Shown in pieces: positions 29,610-38,741 of a stretch of DNA of 64,000 nucleotides. The first letter of the stretch is position 1. Each line of letters opens with the position of its first letter. Below the pieces are notes generated by a model, which saw nothing but the letters and a program-made list of their open reading frames with translations, had not been told where the DNA came from and did not search any database. The DNA comes from an uncultured Methanomassiliicoccales archaeon (GTDB taxonomy: Archaea > Thermoplasmatota > Thermoplasmata > Methanomassiliicoccales > UBA472): positions 11,258-75,257 of the forward strand of contig CAVQBH010000011.1 of NCBI GenBank assembly GCA_963710685.1, read 5' to 3'. The position numbers and the translations under genes are program-made.

Positions 29610-32600
29610 ATGCACCGGAAATACCATAGTGCTCACTTTCTCCTCCTGGCACTGGCACTATTGTTACCCGGATTGCTTTTACCGTTCACCTTCCTCCCCG
29701 TGACGTCGGCATCTCCGGTCACGGAAGAGCCCGCCGGCACCTCGGTGCAGACCCATGCCATGACCGCCGAAGAGGCGGCACAGATGGAGCTGGTCTCCGG
29801 CACCTACGTGAATGGGACGGATTACAACCAGATCGTCGACGGTCACGGCACCGGGCTGGCCCCGCCGACGTCCGCGGAGTACACGGAAATGGTCGGGAAC
29901 GTGCAGGTCACCGATTCGGTGCAGACCGACCTCATGTCCTCGTCATCCTACGACATCTCCACCCAGCCCTATTTCCCGGCGGTCGGGGACCAGGGCAGCC
30001 AGGGCTCATGCGCCGCCTGGGCCATGACCTATTACGACTACGGATACCTGGAGGCCCGGGACAATAACTGGACCGACGCCTCCACCGGCAACCCCGCGCA
30101 TCTGATGAGCCCGGCCTGGACCTACAACCGCGCCGACGGCGGCGTGGACCGCGGTACGTTCATGGACACGGTCGCCGACATCATCAAGGACTGGGGGGTG
30201 GCCAGCATGGCCACTATGCCGTACAACGCCAACGACCTCCAGGGATGGGGCAGCGAGGCGGCCGCCCGGGAGGCGCCCCTTAACCGGGCGCTGGACGTCC
30301 ATACCATTCCCTACAGTGATTCCGACCCGAACACCGCGTTCAGCACGATCAAGGGACTGTTATCGTCCAACCTCCCGGTGACGTTCGCCCTGGACGCGAA
30401 CATGCTCACCAATTCACTGGCAGATAACATCATCACTGCCAACGAGTACAACTCGAACGTGATGAACCATGCCCAGACCATCGTTGGATACGATGACGCC
30501 AAGACCGATGGCGTGCATGCGGACGTGGGCGCGTTCAAGATCGTCAACTCCTGGGGCAAGAACTGGGGCAACCACGGCTACTACTGGATCTCCTACGACG
30601 CGATGAAGAAGATCGGCGACAATCTGTTCCTGACCTACATCACCGACCGGCCGGCCTACCAGCCCAGTCTGCTCGCCATCATCGAGTTCAACAACGCCCC
30701 CACCCGCGAAACGACCATCACCGTCGGGGTCGGGAACGTCCCCGGAAAGAACAAGTTCGTCCCCTATTTCGAGGAGAACTACGACGCCTCGGTGACCGCC
30801 ACCTTCCCTTCCTTCCTGGTCATCGACATGACCGACCTTCAGTCAAAGTATCAGGCGAACAATACCGGTTTCTACCTGACGCTGGGGGCGACCACCACCG
30901 CCGGCAACGTGTCCTCGTTCCGCATCGAACAGTACCTGAACGGCTACTCGAACGCCGCCACGCAGGTGTCCGGCCAATCCGCGGACCTGCCCCGGGTCAA
31001 CCCATGTTCGGTGAATGTGTCCATGACGCCCTACGTCACGCTGACACCGCAGGCGGCCTTGGACAACGCCGGCCTGTCGTTCATCGGTTCTGGGAATGCC
31101 CAGTGGTCCCCGGAGACCCGTGATTACCACTACGGCGGCAGCGCCCTGCAGAGCGGGAACGTGGGCAACAACGACCGGAGCGCCATCCAGACCACCGTCC
31201 TGGGGCCATCGACGGTCTCGTTCTGGTGGAAGGCTTCCACGCAGGCCACCGACCTGGTCCGGTTCTATGTCGACTCGGTCAACCGGGCCAACGCCAGCGG
31301 GGCACTCCCCTGGACCCAGGTCAGCCTGGCGATTGGCAACGGGACCCACGTGCTCAAATGGGAATACGCCAAGGATGCCGCGATGGCCGGGAACCAGGAC
31401 ATGGCCCTGATCGATCAGGTGGTGGCCGTGACCGGCAACGCCGTTCCCACCGCGCCCTTCGGTCTGGCGGCGACCGTCGCCACCAGCATTCAGCTGAACT
31501 GGTCCGCACCTTCCTCCAACGGCGGGACGCCCGTGACCTCCTACAATGTCTATCGCGGGATCTCCACCGGGACCGAATCGCTGCTGGCCAGCGTGCCGGC
31601 GTCCAGCCTGGTGTACACCGACCCCAGCGCCCTGGTGAACCAGAACTACTTCTACCAGGTAACCGCGGTGAACTCCGTCGGCGAATCCTCCCGTTCCAAC
31701 GAGGCCAGCGGGAGGTTGCCGATCCCGGTACCATCCGCCCCCTCCTATCTGACGGCGGTGGCCGGTGGTTCGTACATCGACCTTTCCTGGTCCTCGAACG
31801 GCGCCAGTCTGACCGGTTTCCACCTTTATCGCGGTACCGCCGCGAACGGTGAGACGCTGCTCCAGACATTATCATCGTCGGCCCGTTCCGCCCGTGACGG
31901 CACCGCCGTCGCCGGCACGACCTACTACTATCGGATGGACGCCTTCAACAGCCAGGTATCCTCCTCGTACAGCAACGAGGTTTCCGCCCGGGTAGCAGTG
32001 GTTCCGGGCGCGCCGACCGCCCTCACCGCCGTGACCGGTACCGGGATTCACCTGACCTGGACTGCCCCGGTCGACAACGGCGGCTCCCCGGTCCTCGGCT
32101 ACAAGGTGTACCGAGGAACCTCGGCCGGCGGGGAGACGGCCACTCCCATCGGCACCCCGGGGACGACCGTTTATGACGATCTTACCGCTGCCGTCGGAAC
32201 CAGATACTACTACGTGGTGAAGGCCAACAACGCCATCGGCGATTCCGCCGCCAGCAACGAGGCGTTGGCCCGAATGCCCACTGTCCCGGGCGCACCCATC
32301 TCCCTGAACGCCACGGCCTCCGGGAACCATACCCACCTCAGTTGGACCGCTCCGGACAATGGAGGGGCAGCCATAAGCCGATACGACATTTACCGCGGCA
32401 CGTTCGCCGGCGGTGAGAGCGCGGTGGCGCTCGGAACGACCGGAACCACCTCCTACGACGACCTGTCCGCGGTCGTCGGGATCCAATACTATTACGTGGT
32501 CCGGGCCCTGAACCCGGCGGGAGAATCCGCTTCGAGCAACGAAGCGTCCTGCCAGATCATCCATGCCCCGGACTCCCCCTCCTCCCTGACGGTCAGGGTC

Positions 32601-35492
32601 ACGCTCGGGCATGACTCGCTCTCGTGGACCGCCCCACTGTCCAACGGTGGCAGCCCGCTGACGTCCTACGAGGTGCTGCGCGGCCCAACCGCAGATCCGG
32701 CCACGCACGTCCAGATGGCCGCTGTCATGATCCCCCAATATGACGACACCCAGATCACCCTCGGCCAGACCTACTATTACTCGGTGAGGGCGGTCAACAT
32801 GGTGGCTTCGTCGTCCGCGAGCAATGTCGTCTCCGTCATGGTCAAGGGGCTGCCGGGCGCGCCGAACACTCCGACCGCCCAGATGTCGGACGGATCGGTC
32901 CTGCTCTCCTGGTCGGCACCGGTCAGCGATGGTTATTCCAACATCACCGTTTACAAGGTGTACCGGTCCGTGACGTCCGGGGCCGAGTCGTTCACCGCCG
33001 CTGCCATCGGGACGGCGTATATCGATGGAGGACTGACCAACGGCCTTGTTTATTACTATAGGATAACCGCGGTCAACGCGATGGGCGAAAGCTCACCCAG
33101 CATCGAGGTCCAAGCGTCCCCAGGGTCGGTCCCGGGCGATCCGGTCATCACCGGGACGACCTTCTCCCTGGGTACGGTGGGATTGTCCTGGTCGCTGCCG
33201 GACGACGGAGGAAGGACGATCGCCGGGTTCTCCGTCTACCGCGGTAATACGTCGAGCTTCTCCTCCGCAACGCTGATGTCACAGTACATCGCCGGTAACG
33301 TCTATCAAGATCCCACGGCCACCGTCGGGTCCACCTACTATTACTTCGTGACGGCCGCGAACTCGATAGGCACTTCGGGTCCCGGTTCGTCCGGCCCGTT
33401 CTACGTGTCCGGTTCCCCGTCCCCACCCTTTGCACTTACCGCTTCGATCACCTCCGATCATGTCCTACTGAGCTGGTCCGCCCCCGATTCCACCGGTTCA
33501 TCGTCGGTGTCGGGATACTACGTCTACCGTTCCCTCGCCCCCGGGCAGGGAACGGTCATCGCGCACCTCGGGAACGTTCTATCGTACAGCGATGTGGCGG
33601 TCATACTAGGTGAGACGTACTACTACAGCGTGTCGGCCGAGAACCAGAACGGTACCGGTCCCCTTTCTGCCGAGGTCCGCGCCGCCTATGTCCTGGCGCC
33701 CGGCTCTCCCTCCGGTCTGACGGTCACCGGATCGACCGGGACCGCCAGTCTGACCTGGTCCGCCCTGGTCCAGAACGGCATCCCCGTCTCCGGCTATACG
33801 GTACGTGTTTGGACCTCGGGAGTGGCGCCCTCCATAGCTGGACAGGTCGGACCGGATTCGCTTTCATTCGTCATCGGTGGCCTCACCGACGGCGTTCAGT
33901 ACTGGTTCACCGTTTCCGCGTTCAATCAGGCGGGAGAGGGGCCGGCAGGTCCTTCCGTGAAGTGTACGATCGGTTCGGCCCCCGGTGCGCCGGCAGCGGT
34001 GGCAGTGTCGGTGGGGAACGGTTCCATTTCCGTCTCCTGGACGCCCCCGACGGCCAACGGCGGCCTCAGCGACCTGGCCTACCACGTGTGGCGGTCGACC
34101 ACCGGCGCCAGCACCTTGCTTGTCGACCTGGGCGGTTCCGCCAGGACATACACCGATCGCACGGTCGTACCGGGCACCACCTACCGCTACACCGTGACCG
34201 CTTCGAACCTAATCGGATCCAGCACACCGGCCGGCCCGGTCGAGGCGGTGGCGGCCACGGTGCCGGGGGCACCATCGTCGGTCACGGTGGCATCGGACTC
34301 CTCATCGGTGCTGGTCTCCTGGAACGCCCCCACGGACGACGGAGGGGTCGGGCTAACGGGTTTCAACCTCTTCCGTTCCAGTGGGGCCGGATGGACGCTG
34401 CTCTCCCCGTCGATCGGCCCGACGACCTTGGTATACCGCGACCGGACGGTGTTGGGCGGGGTCACGTACCAATATCGGGTGGCCGCGGCCAACGCCATAG
34501 GGGAGGGGGTGCTGTCGGAGGTATCGGACAGCGTTTCCACCGTGTCGGTGCCGCCCGCCTTCAGCGTGACCGCCATCGTCGGCGACTCCAACGTCACGCT
34601 CACCTGGACCATCCCTTCAGGGGACGGTGGACCGTCGTTCCCCCTCACCATACTCCGGACCGACTCCCAGACCGGTTCGGTCACCACGATGAACGCCACC
34701 TCGGAGGATGAGACTTTCACCGACCATGGCGTGGTCCCGGGACAGGACTACACCTATGTGGTCAAGGCCACAAACGCGGCCGGGTCAGCCATTGCCGATG
34801 GGGTGACCGTGCATGCCCTGCGGACGGTGGCCATGAAGGTCCAGGTCGTTCCGTTCCAAACGGTCATATCAGTCTCCGGCGTCGTCACGGACCTTTCCGG
34901 TCTGGGGATGGGAGGTCAAAAGGTCATCCTCTACCGCAGCAGCAACATGAGCGGGGATTGGACCGAGGAGGTGCAGCTGACCACCGCGGCCAGTGGAAAG
35001 TTCTCATATCTGATGAACAGCAGTGACGGAATATTGAGCATAAGGGTGGTGCTCACCGATGATGGAACCCACCTTTCACGGATCATCGAGCAGACGGTAG
35101 GCTCCATCCGACTGAGGGACGGCGACACGGCCAGCATAATGTCCAACAGCACGATGTCCGCTGTGGCGTTGAGCAGCACCGGGGATCTGATCACGGTCAC
35201 CCTGGAAAAGGCGGGCACGGCGAACATCTCGATTCCGAAGGATTCGATCGAGAGCCTGGACCTGGTAGGGGTGTCGATCGACGGCAAGAAGGGTAATTAT
35301 CAGGTGACCGAGACCGGAGACCGATACATCTTCAGCTTGGAAGACGTGAAGGCGGGACAAACGGTCTCGATGAGCATCGGACACACTTCCTCAGAGGGGG
35401 GCCTTCCTTTCCTGATAGAGATGACATTGATCGTCGGCGCATGCCTTGGTGCCCTTTTCCTATGGCGCGGCATCAAGAAACGGCGGGCATGA
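29610..35492 (+). CDS. giant surface protein: signal peptide + papain-family (C1) cysteine peptidase + beta-sandwich domain + 12 FN3 repeats + C-terminal TM anchor
   Basis: The C1 catalytic motifs are present: GDQGSQGSCAAWAM (Cys codon 30009-30011), HAQTIVGYDD, and FKIVNSWGKNWGNHGYYWISYD. Next comes SFWWKASTQATDLVRFYVDS...GTHVLKWEYAKDAAMAGNQDMALIDQV. Twelve FN3 units (YFYQVTAVNSVGES ... YTYVVKATNAAGS) follow, then LIEMTLIVGACLGALFLWRGIKKRRA. Confidence 0.85.
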   Translation: MHRKYHSAHFLLLALALLLPGLLLPFTFLPVTSASPVTEEPAGTSVQTHAMTAEEAAQMELVSGTYVNGTDYNQIVDGHGTGLAPPTSAEYTEMVGNVQVTDSVQTDLMSSSSYDISTQPYFPAVGDQGSQGSCAAWAMTYYDYGYLEARDNNWTDASTGNPAHLMSPAWTYNRADGGVDRGTFMDTVADIIKDWGVASMATMPYNANDLQGWGSEAAAREAPLNRALDVHTIPYSDSDPNTAFSTIKGLLSSNLPVTFALDANMLTNSLADNIITANEYNSNVMNHAQTIVGYDDAKTDGVHADVGAFKIVNSWGKNWGNHGYYWISYDAMKKIGDNLFLTYITDRPAYQPSLLAIIEFNNAPTRETTITVGVGNVPGKNKFVPYFEENYDASVTATFPSFLVIDMTDLQSKYQANNTGFYLTLGATTTAGNVSSFRIEQYLNGYSNAATQVSGQSADLPRVNPCSVNVSMTPYVTLTPQAALDNAGLSFIGSGNAQWSPETRDYHYGGSALQSGNVGNNDRSAIQTTVLGPSTVSFWWKASTQATDLVRFYVDSVNRANASGALPWTQVSLAIGNGTHVLKWEYAKDAAMAGNQDMALIDQVVAVTGNAVPTAPFGLAATVATSIQLNWSAPSSNGGTPVTSYNVYRGISTGTESLLASVPASSLVYTDPSALVNQNYFYQVTAVNSVGESSRSNEASGRLPIPVPSAPSYLTAVAGGSYIDLSWSSNGASLTGFHLYRGTAANGETLLQTLSSSARSARDGTAVAGTTYYYRMDAFNSQVSSSYSNEVSARVAVVPGAPTALTAVTGTGIHLTWTAPVDNGGSPVLGYKVYRGTSAGGETATPIGTPGTTVYDDLTAAVGTRYYYVVKANNAIGDSAASNEALARMPTVPGAPISLNATASGNHTHLSWTAPDNGGAAISRYDIYRGTFAGGESAVALGTTGTTSYDDLSAVVGIQYYYVVRALNPAGESASSNEASCQIIHAPDSPSSLTVRVTLGHDSLSWTAPLSNGGSPLTSYEVLRGPTADPATHVQMAAVMIPQYDDTQITLGQTYYYSVRAVNMVASSSASNVVSVMVKGLPGAPNTPTAQMSDGSVLLSWSAPVSDGYSNITVYKVYRSVTSGAESFTAAAIGTAYIDGGLTNGLVYYYRITAVNAMGESSPSIEVQASPGSVPGDPVITGTTFSLGTVGLSWSLPDDGGRTIAGFSVYRGNTSSFSSATLMSQYIAGNVYQDPTATVGSTYYYFVTAANSIGTSGPGSSGPFYVSGSPSPPFALTASITSDHVLLSWSAPDSTGSSSVSGYYVYRSLAPGQGTVIAHLGNVLSYSDVAVILGETYYYSVSAENQNGTGPLSAEVRAAYVLAPGSPSGLTVTGSTGTASLTWSALVQNGIPVSGYTVRVWTSGVAPSIAGQVGPDSLSFVIGGLTDGVQYWFTVSAFNQAGEGPAGPSVKCTIGSAPGAPAAVAVSVGNGSISVSWTPPTANGGLSDLAYHVWRSTTGASTLLVDLGGSARTYTDRTVVPGTTYRYTVTASNLIGSSTPAGPVEAVAATVPGAPSSVTVASDSSSVLVSWNAPTDDGGVGLTGFNLFRSSGAGWTLLSPSIGPTTLVYRDRTVLGGVTYQYRVAAANAIGEGVLSEVSDSVSTVSVPPAFSVTAIVGDSNVTLTWTIPSGDGGPSFPLTILRTDSQTGSVTTMNATSEDETFTDHGVVPGQDYTYVVKATNAAGSAIADGVTVHALRTVAMKVQVVPFQTVISVSGVVTDLSGLGMGGQKVILYRSSNMSGDWTEEVQLTTAASGKFSYLMNSSDGILSIRVVLTDDGTHLSRIIEQTVGSIRLRDGDTASIMSNSTMSAVALSSTGDLITVTLEKAGTANISIPKDSIESLDLVGVSIDGKKGNYQVTETGDRYIFSLEDVKAGQTVSMSIGHTSSEGGLPFLIEMTLIVGACLGALFLWRGIKKRRA

Positions 35493-35780
35493 GACGAAAC
35501 CGAACCGCAAGGCTCTCGATAGACCTATTCTCTTTCTCGTTCGTCGATCAATGATCTGCGATGATTGCCGTCAGACGACCCAACTCATTCACCTCGGGAT
35601 CCACGAGACACGGTGCATCGTAGCGATCGTTACCTTTTGTGTCGAAGGGTAGGGTCGACAGGACCGGTCATTATCGATAACGATCGTATGAACCGATAAA
35701 TAACGGTCTTGATAACAAATGGGGTAGGCGAGGCCTCTCCAAACTACCCAGATGTCTGATAATGCGATGTTGCACCCCAA

Positions 35781-36216
35781 AATCCATGGAATATTTCTGC
35801 TCGTTCATTATGATAATAATCATATTTCCAAAACAATAACAATCATTTGTAATGAATAATTATATAATGCTGGCAAGCAAATTGTTGGTCTATATAACGT
35901 ACAAAATGGCATCCAAACTCCAGGAAATATCTTTCAATAATTTATAGAATATTTAATCCAGTCGAAATTGCTTTACTATTTGACTCAGGACTTCAATATG
36001 AATAATATCTAGGTCATTATTGTTTAATGATTATGCCAGTAATAATATAGACTATGATTAATAATCGAAAAATCGGACCTACCTTAAAAGCTCTGTCCTG
36101 ACCAAACTATATATATCTTTTTCCTCAATTGTTCAGCAGTGAAAATAGCTAAGGAATAAGGCGGCTGTGGAAATCACGATCGACTTGTCCCTGAAGCTAA
36201 AGGGAGGAGGGGTTAA
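35781..36216. other. AT-rich island / extended promoter region upstream of the Ig-repeat gene
   Basis: About 430 bp that are visibly A/T-dominated (runs such as ataataatcatatttccaaaacaataacaatcatttgtaatgaataattatataatg) in an otherwise GC-rich window. Contains several TATA-like boxes (ctatatatatcttttt at 36108-36123) and a GGAGGAGG Shine-Dalgarno at 36203-36210, just before ATG 36217. Confidence 0.6.
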
Positions 36217-37527
36217 ATGAATAGATCTGGAGCTCTAAAGCTCACTGCAATAGTGGTAGTATTCGTCCTATGTTTGTCGAGCCTATACATAGGCCTGCAA
36301 TTGTCACAAAAGGGAAAGTCTTCGCCTAGCATAGGTGATGTCTCGCCTGTGCCTCCGACGGATGTACCCTTGAACACAGGAGAAAGCCCGGCTGTCTCCG
36401 TTCCTAGCAGCCCTTCGGTCTCTGTGCCTAGTACCGGCGATTCCACGGTCCAACAGCCGGTGACCAATCAAGATGTGGGCACCACAACCACCGATCCCAT
36501 AGTCGTTGGGCCGGTCGCCTCCACCACGGTCACCCAGCTTTCAGCCGATGGCATCATCCTGGGCAACTACGTCTATGACACGGCGATCGTATCTGGCCAG
36601 GCCGGAATCTCGACGCCGACCGGAACGGTTACCTTCGAGGTCAAGGCCCCAGGCGCAGCATCATTCGTGCCCTACGGGACCTCGGGCCCGGTCGCCATTG
36701 ACGTGACCGGAAAGGCGGTCTCAGAGAACTACTATCCAACGATCGTGGGATCATACTATTTCCTGGCGATCTACAGCGGAGATTCGAACTACAAGTGCGG
36801 ACAAAGCCCGGCTGACGCCGAGCTCCTCAACGTAGCGAAGGCATCAACCTTCACCTCGACCTCCCTGAACGGGAACGAAGGGCCGTTCATTCTTGGAAAC
36901 TCGGTCTACGACACCGCCAAGGTGATCGCACTCGACAGTGCATTGCCGACCCCGACCGGAACGGTCACATTCCAGGTCAGCGCCGATAACGGTGCCTCCT
37001 GGACCATGATCGGATCCCCCGTCGCCCTGGTCGATGGACAGGCCGCCTCCCAGACCTACCAGCCATCGATGGCTGGGCAATATGAGTTCCGGGCCCTGTA
37101 CAGCGGTGATTGTAACTTCGTCTGCTCGAGCAGCGGAGTATGCGACGAGCCCCTGAAGGTCCTGATGGCCCAAACGACGACGACCACGAACTTCGGACCG
37201 TGCGAGATCACCGTCGGCCAGTCTGTGAAAGACAACGCCACGGTGATCGGAGTGGCAGGATCCCCAGCGCCGTCCGGCACTGTGACCTACTACATCAGCA
37301 CTGACAGCGGAGCGTCCTGGACCATGATCGGATGTGGACCGGCCACCTTGGATGCCAATGGAAAGGCACAATCTGACTGGTACACGCCAGCCACCTCGGG
37401 ATACGTCTTCTTCAAGGCGGTCTACAGCGGCGACAACAACTATCAGCCATCGGTGAGCGACATCTCCACCGAGCGTCTGATGGTCGATTGCGCCTCATCG
37501 GTCGACACGTCATCCGCGCTGTCCTAA
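36217..37527 (+). CDS. secreted/anchored Ig-like domain repeat protein
   Basis: N-terminal TM/signal (LKLTAIVVVFVLCLSSLYIGL) and a Ser/Pro/Val linker. Three to four units of roughly 110 aa follow: LGN.VYDTA.V.......PTGTVTF.V.......W...G.PV......G.A.S..Y.P...G.Y.F.A.YSGD.NY. Confidence 0.75.
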   Translation: MNRSGALKLTAIVVVFVLCLSSLYIGLQLSQKGKSSPSIGDVSPVPPTDVPLNTGESPAVSVPSSPSVSVPSTGDSTVQQPVTNQDVGTTTTDPIVVGPVASTTVTQLSADGIILGNYVYDTAIVSGQAGISTPTGTVTFEVKAPGAASFVPYGTSGPVAIDVTGKAVSENYYPTIVGSYYFLAIYSGDSNYKCGQSPADAELLNVAKASTFTSTSLNGNEGPFILGNSVYDTAKVIALDSALPTPTGTVTFQVSADNGASWTMIGSPVALVDGQAASQTYQPSMAGQYEFRALYSGDCNFVCSSSGVCDEPLKVLMAQTTTTTNFGPCEITVGQSVKDNATVIGVAGSPAPSGTVTYYISTDSGASWTMIGCGPATLDANGKAQSDWYTPATSGYVFFKAVYSGDNNYQPSVSDISTERLMVDCASSVDTSSALS

Positions 37528-37562
37528 GCAGCCTGGAGACACCCCAACGGAGAGGCAACTCC

Positions 37563-37596
37563 CCACTTTTCTTTTTTTCCTTTCTTTCTGTTTTTC
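37563..37596 (+). terminator. oligo-T termination tract after the Ig-repeat gene
   Basis: The tract cttttctttttttcctttctttctgtttttct starts about 35 nt after the TAA stop. Archaeal RNAP terminates at oligo-T. Confidence 0.55.
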
Positions 37597-37718
37597 TACC
37601 ATCCACCGGGATTCTAGCACTCGGGCCCATCCGAATTCAGCATGCCCATTGTCACTGGCCCCGCTCGTTCCACCTGAAGTATTATCACCGCGCACGGCCC
37701 TCTTCGTCGAGATAGTCC

Positions 37719-38477
37719 ATGCACGGCGGAGAGACGAGCCTGAACGATGACGAAAGGACGCGGTATCTCAGACAGATAGCGATGGAAGGGTTCGGGGAGA
37801 CCGCGCAGCTCGCTTTGAAACGCTCGACCGTCACCATCATGGGGGTGGGCGGCCTCGGATCTCCGGCATCCATGTATCTGGCGGCGGCCGGCGTCGGCAG
37901 GCTGATACTGGTGGACTACCAGTCTCCCGATCTTTCCAACCTCAACCGGCAGGTGCTGCATTGGGAAAATGATGTCAAGACCGGTACGAGGAAGGCGCAG
38001 TCGGCGGCATACAAGCTCCGCGAAATGAACTCCGAGATAGAGATCGTGGCCAAAGTGGCGAAGATCGGGGTCGACGAGCTGAGCGACGTAATCGAAGGAA
38101 GTTCCCTGATCGTGGACTGTCTGGACAATTTCGAGGCCCGGAAGTTGCTGAACGCGCATTGCGCAAGGGAGCGGGTCCCGTTCGTCCATGCGGCGGTGGA
38201 AGGTTTCTCAGGACAGCTCACGGTCATCGTCCCCGGCCGGACCCCTTGCCTTGATTGCCTGTTCCCGGTACCGCCGTCGAGGAAGCCGCTCATTCCGATC
38301 ATCGGCTTCACCGCCGGGGTGTTCGGCTGCATGGAGGCCGCCGAGGCGGTCAAAATGATCACCGGGGTGGGAGAACCGCTGGCCGGCAAACTGCTAGTGG
38401 GGGACCTGTCGAGCAACTACTGGGAGACGATCGAGGTGGAGCGCAGCGGGCATTGCGGCACCTGCGGTGGGTATTGA
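37719..38477 (+). CDS. ThiF/MoeB/UbaA-type E1-like adenylyltransferase
   Basis: RYLRQIAMEGFGETAQLALKRSTVTIMGVGGLGSPASMYLAAAGVGRLILVDYQSPDLSNLNRQ contains the GxGxxG nucleotide loop. Two CxxC pairs (CLDC and CGTC) provide the zinc site. There is no rhodanese domain. Confidence 0.85.
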   Translation: MHGGETSLNDDERTRYLRQIAMEGFGETAQLALKRSTVTIMGVGGLGSPASMYLAAAGVGRLILVDYQSPDLSNLNRQVLHWENDVKTGTRKAQSAAYKLREMNSEIEIVAKVAKIGVDELSDVIEGSSLIVDCLDNFEARKLLNAHCARERVPFVHAAVEGFSGQLTVIVPGRTPCLDCLFPVPPSRKPLIPIIGFTAGVFGCMEAAEAVKMITGVGEPLAGKLLVGDLSSNYWETIEVERSGHCGTCGGY

Positions 38478-38537
38478 GTCAGTCTCATTGTAGCGGAGAA
38501 CTGGAACTAGCCTCGCCTCCATTCATAACATATTCGA

Positions 38538-38741
38538 ATGGAAGTGAAAGAAATGGACCTTGAGACCTCATTGGACCGGATGTGCATGGGCGTGGAAGAA
38601 CTGAACTTCCGGATGGCCCGGATCGAGATCGCGCTGCGCAGACAGAACGTCCGAATAAGGATGGCCGAGCCGGTGATCGTCATCAAGGACGTCTCATCGG
38701 CCCCGCTCGAAAATGAGTTCCAGGGATGGACCTATCCCTGA
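38538..38741 (+). CDS. small hypothetical protein (weak)
   Basis: 67-aa ORF with helical composition. It overlaps the 3' end of the convergent PadR gene by 10 nt. Confidence 0.2.
   Translation: MEVKEMDLETSLDRMCMGVEELNFRMARIEIALRRQNVRIRMAEPVIVIKDVSSAPLENEFQGWTYP

Noticed and set aside
30843-32738. 326-aa and 288-aa minus-strand ORFs (plus several + strand alternates) inside the giant FN3 gene
   Set aside because: These are shadow frames of the FN3 repeat array. They have G/R/P-rich composition and no start or stop context.
35783-35931. Two TCCA(n)GGAA-type elements in the AT-rich island, considered as origin recognition boxes
   Set aside because: The spacing does not fit the ORB core (TCCAnTGGAAA) as I recall it. 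There are only two copies, no extended G-string element, and no orc1/cdc6 gene nearby.
38538-38741. Small ORF next to the E1-like gene, considered as its ubiquitin-like SAMP/ThiS/MoaD partner
   Set aside because: It ends in ...GWTYP rather than Gly-Gly and looks helical rather than beta-grasp.
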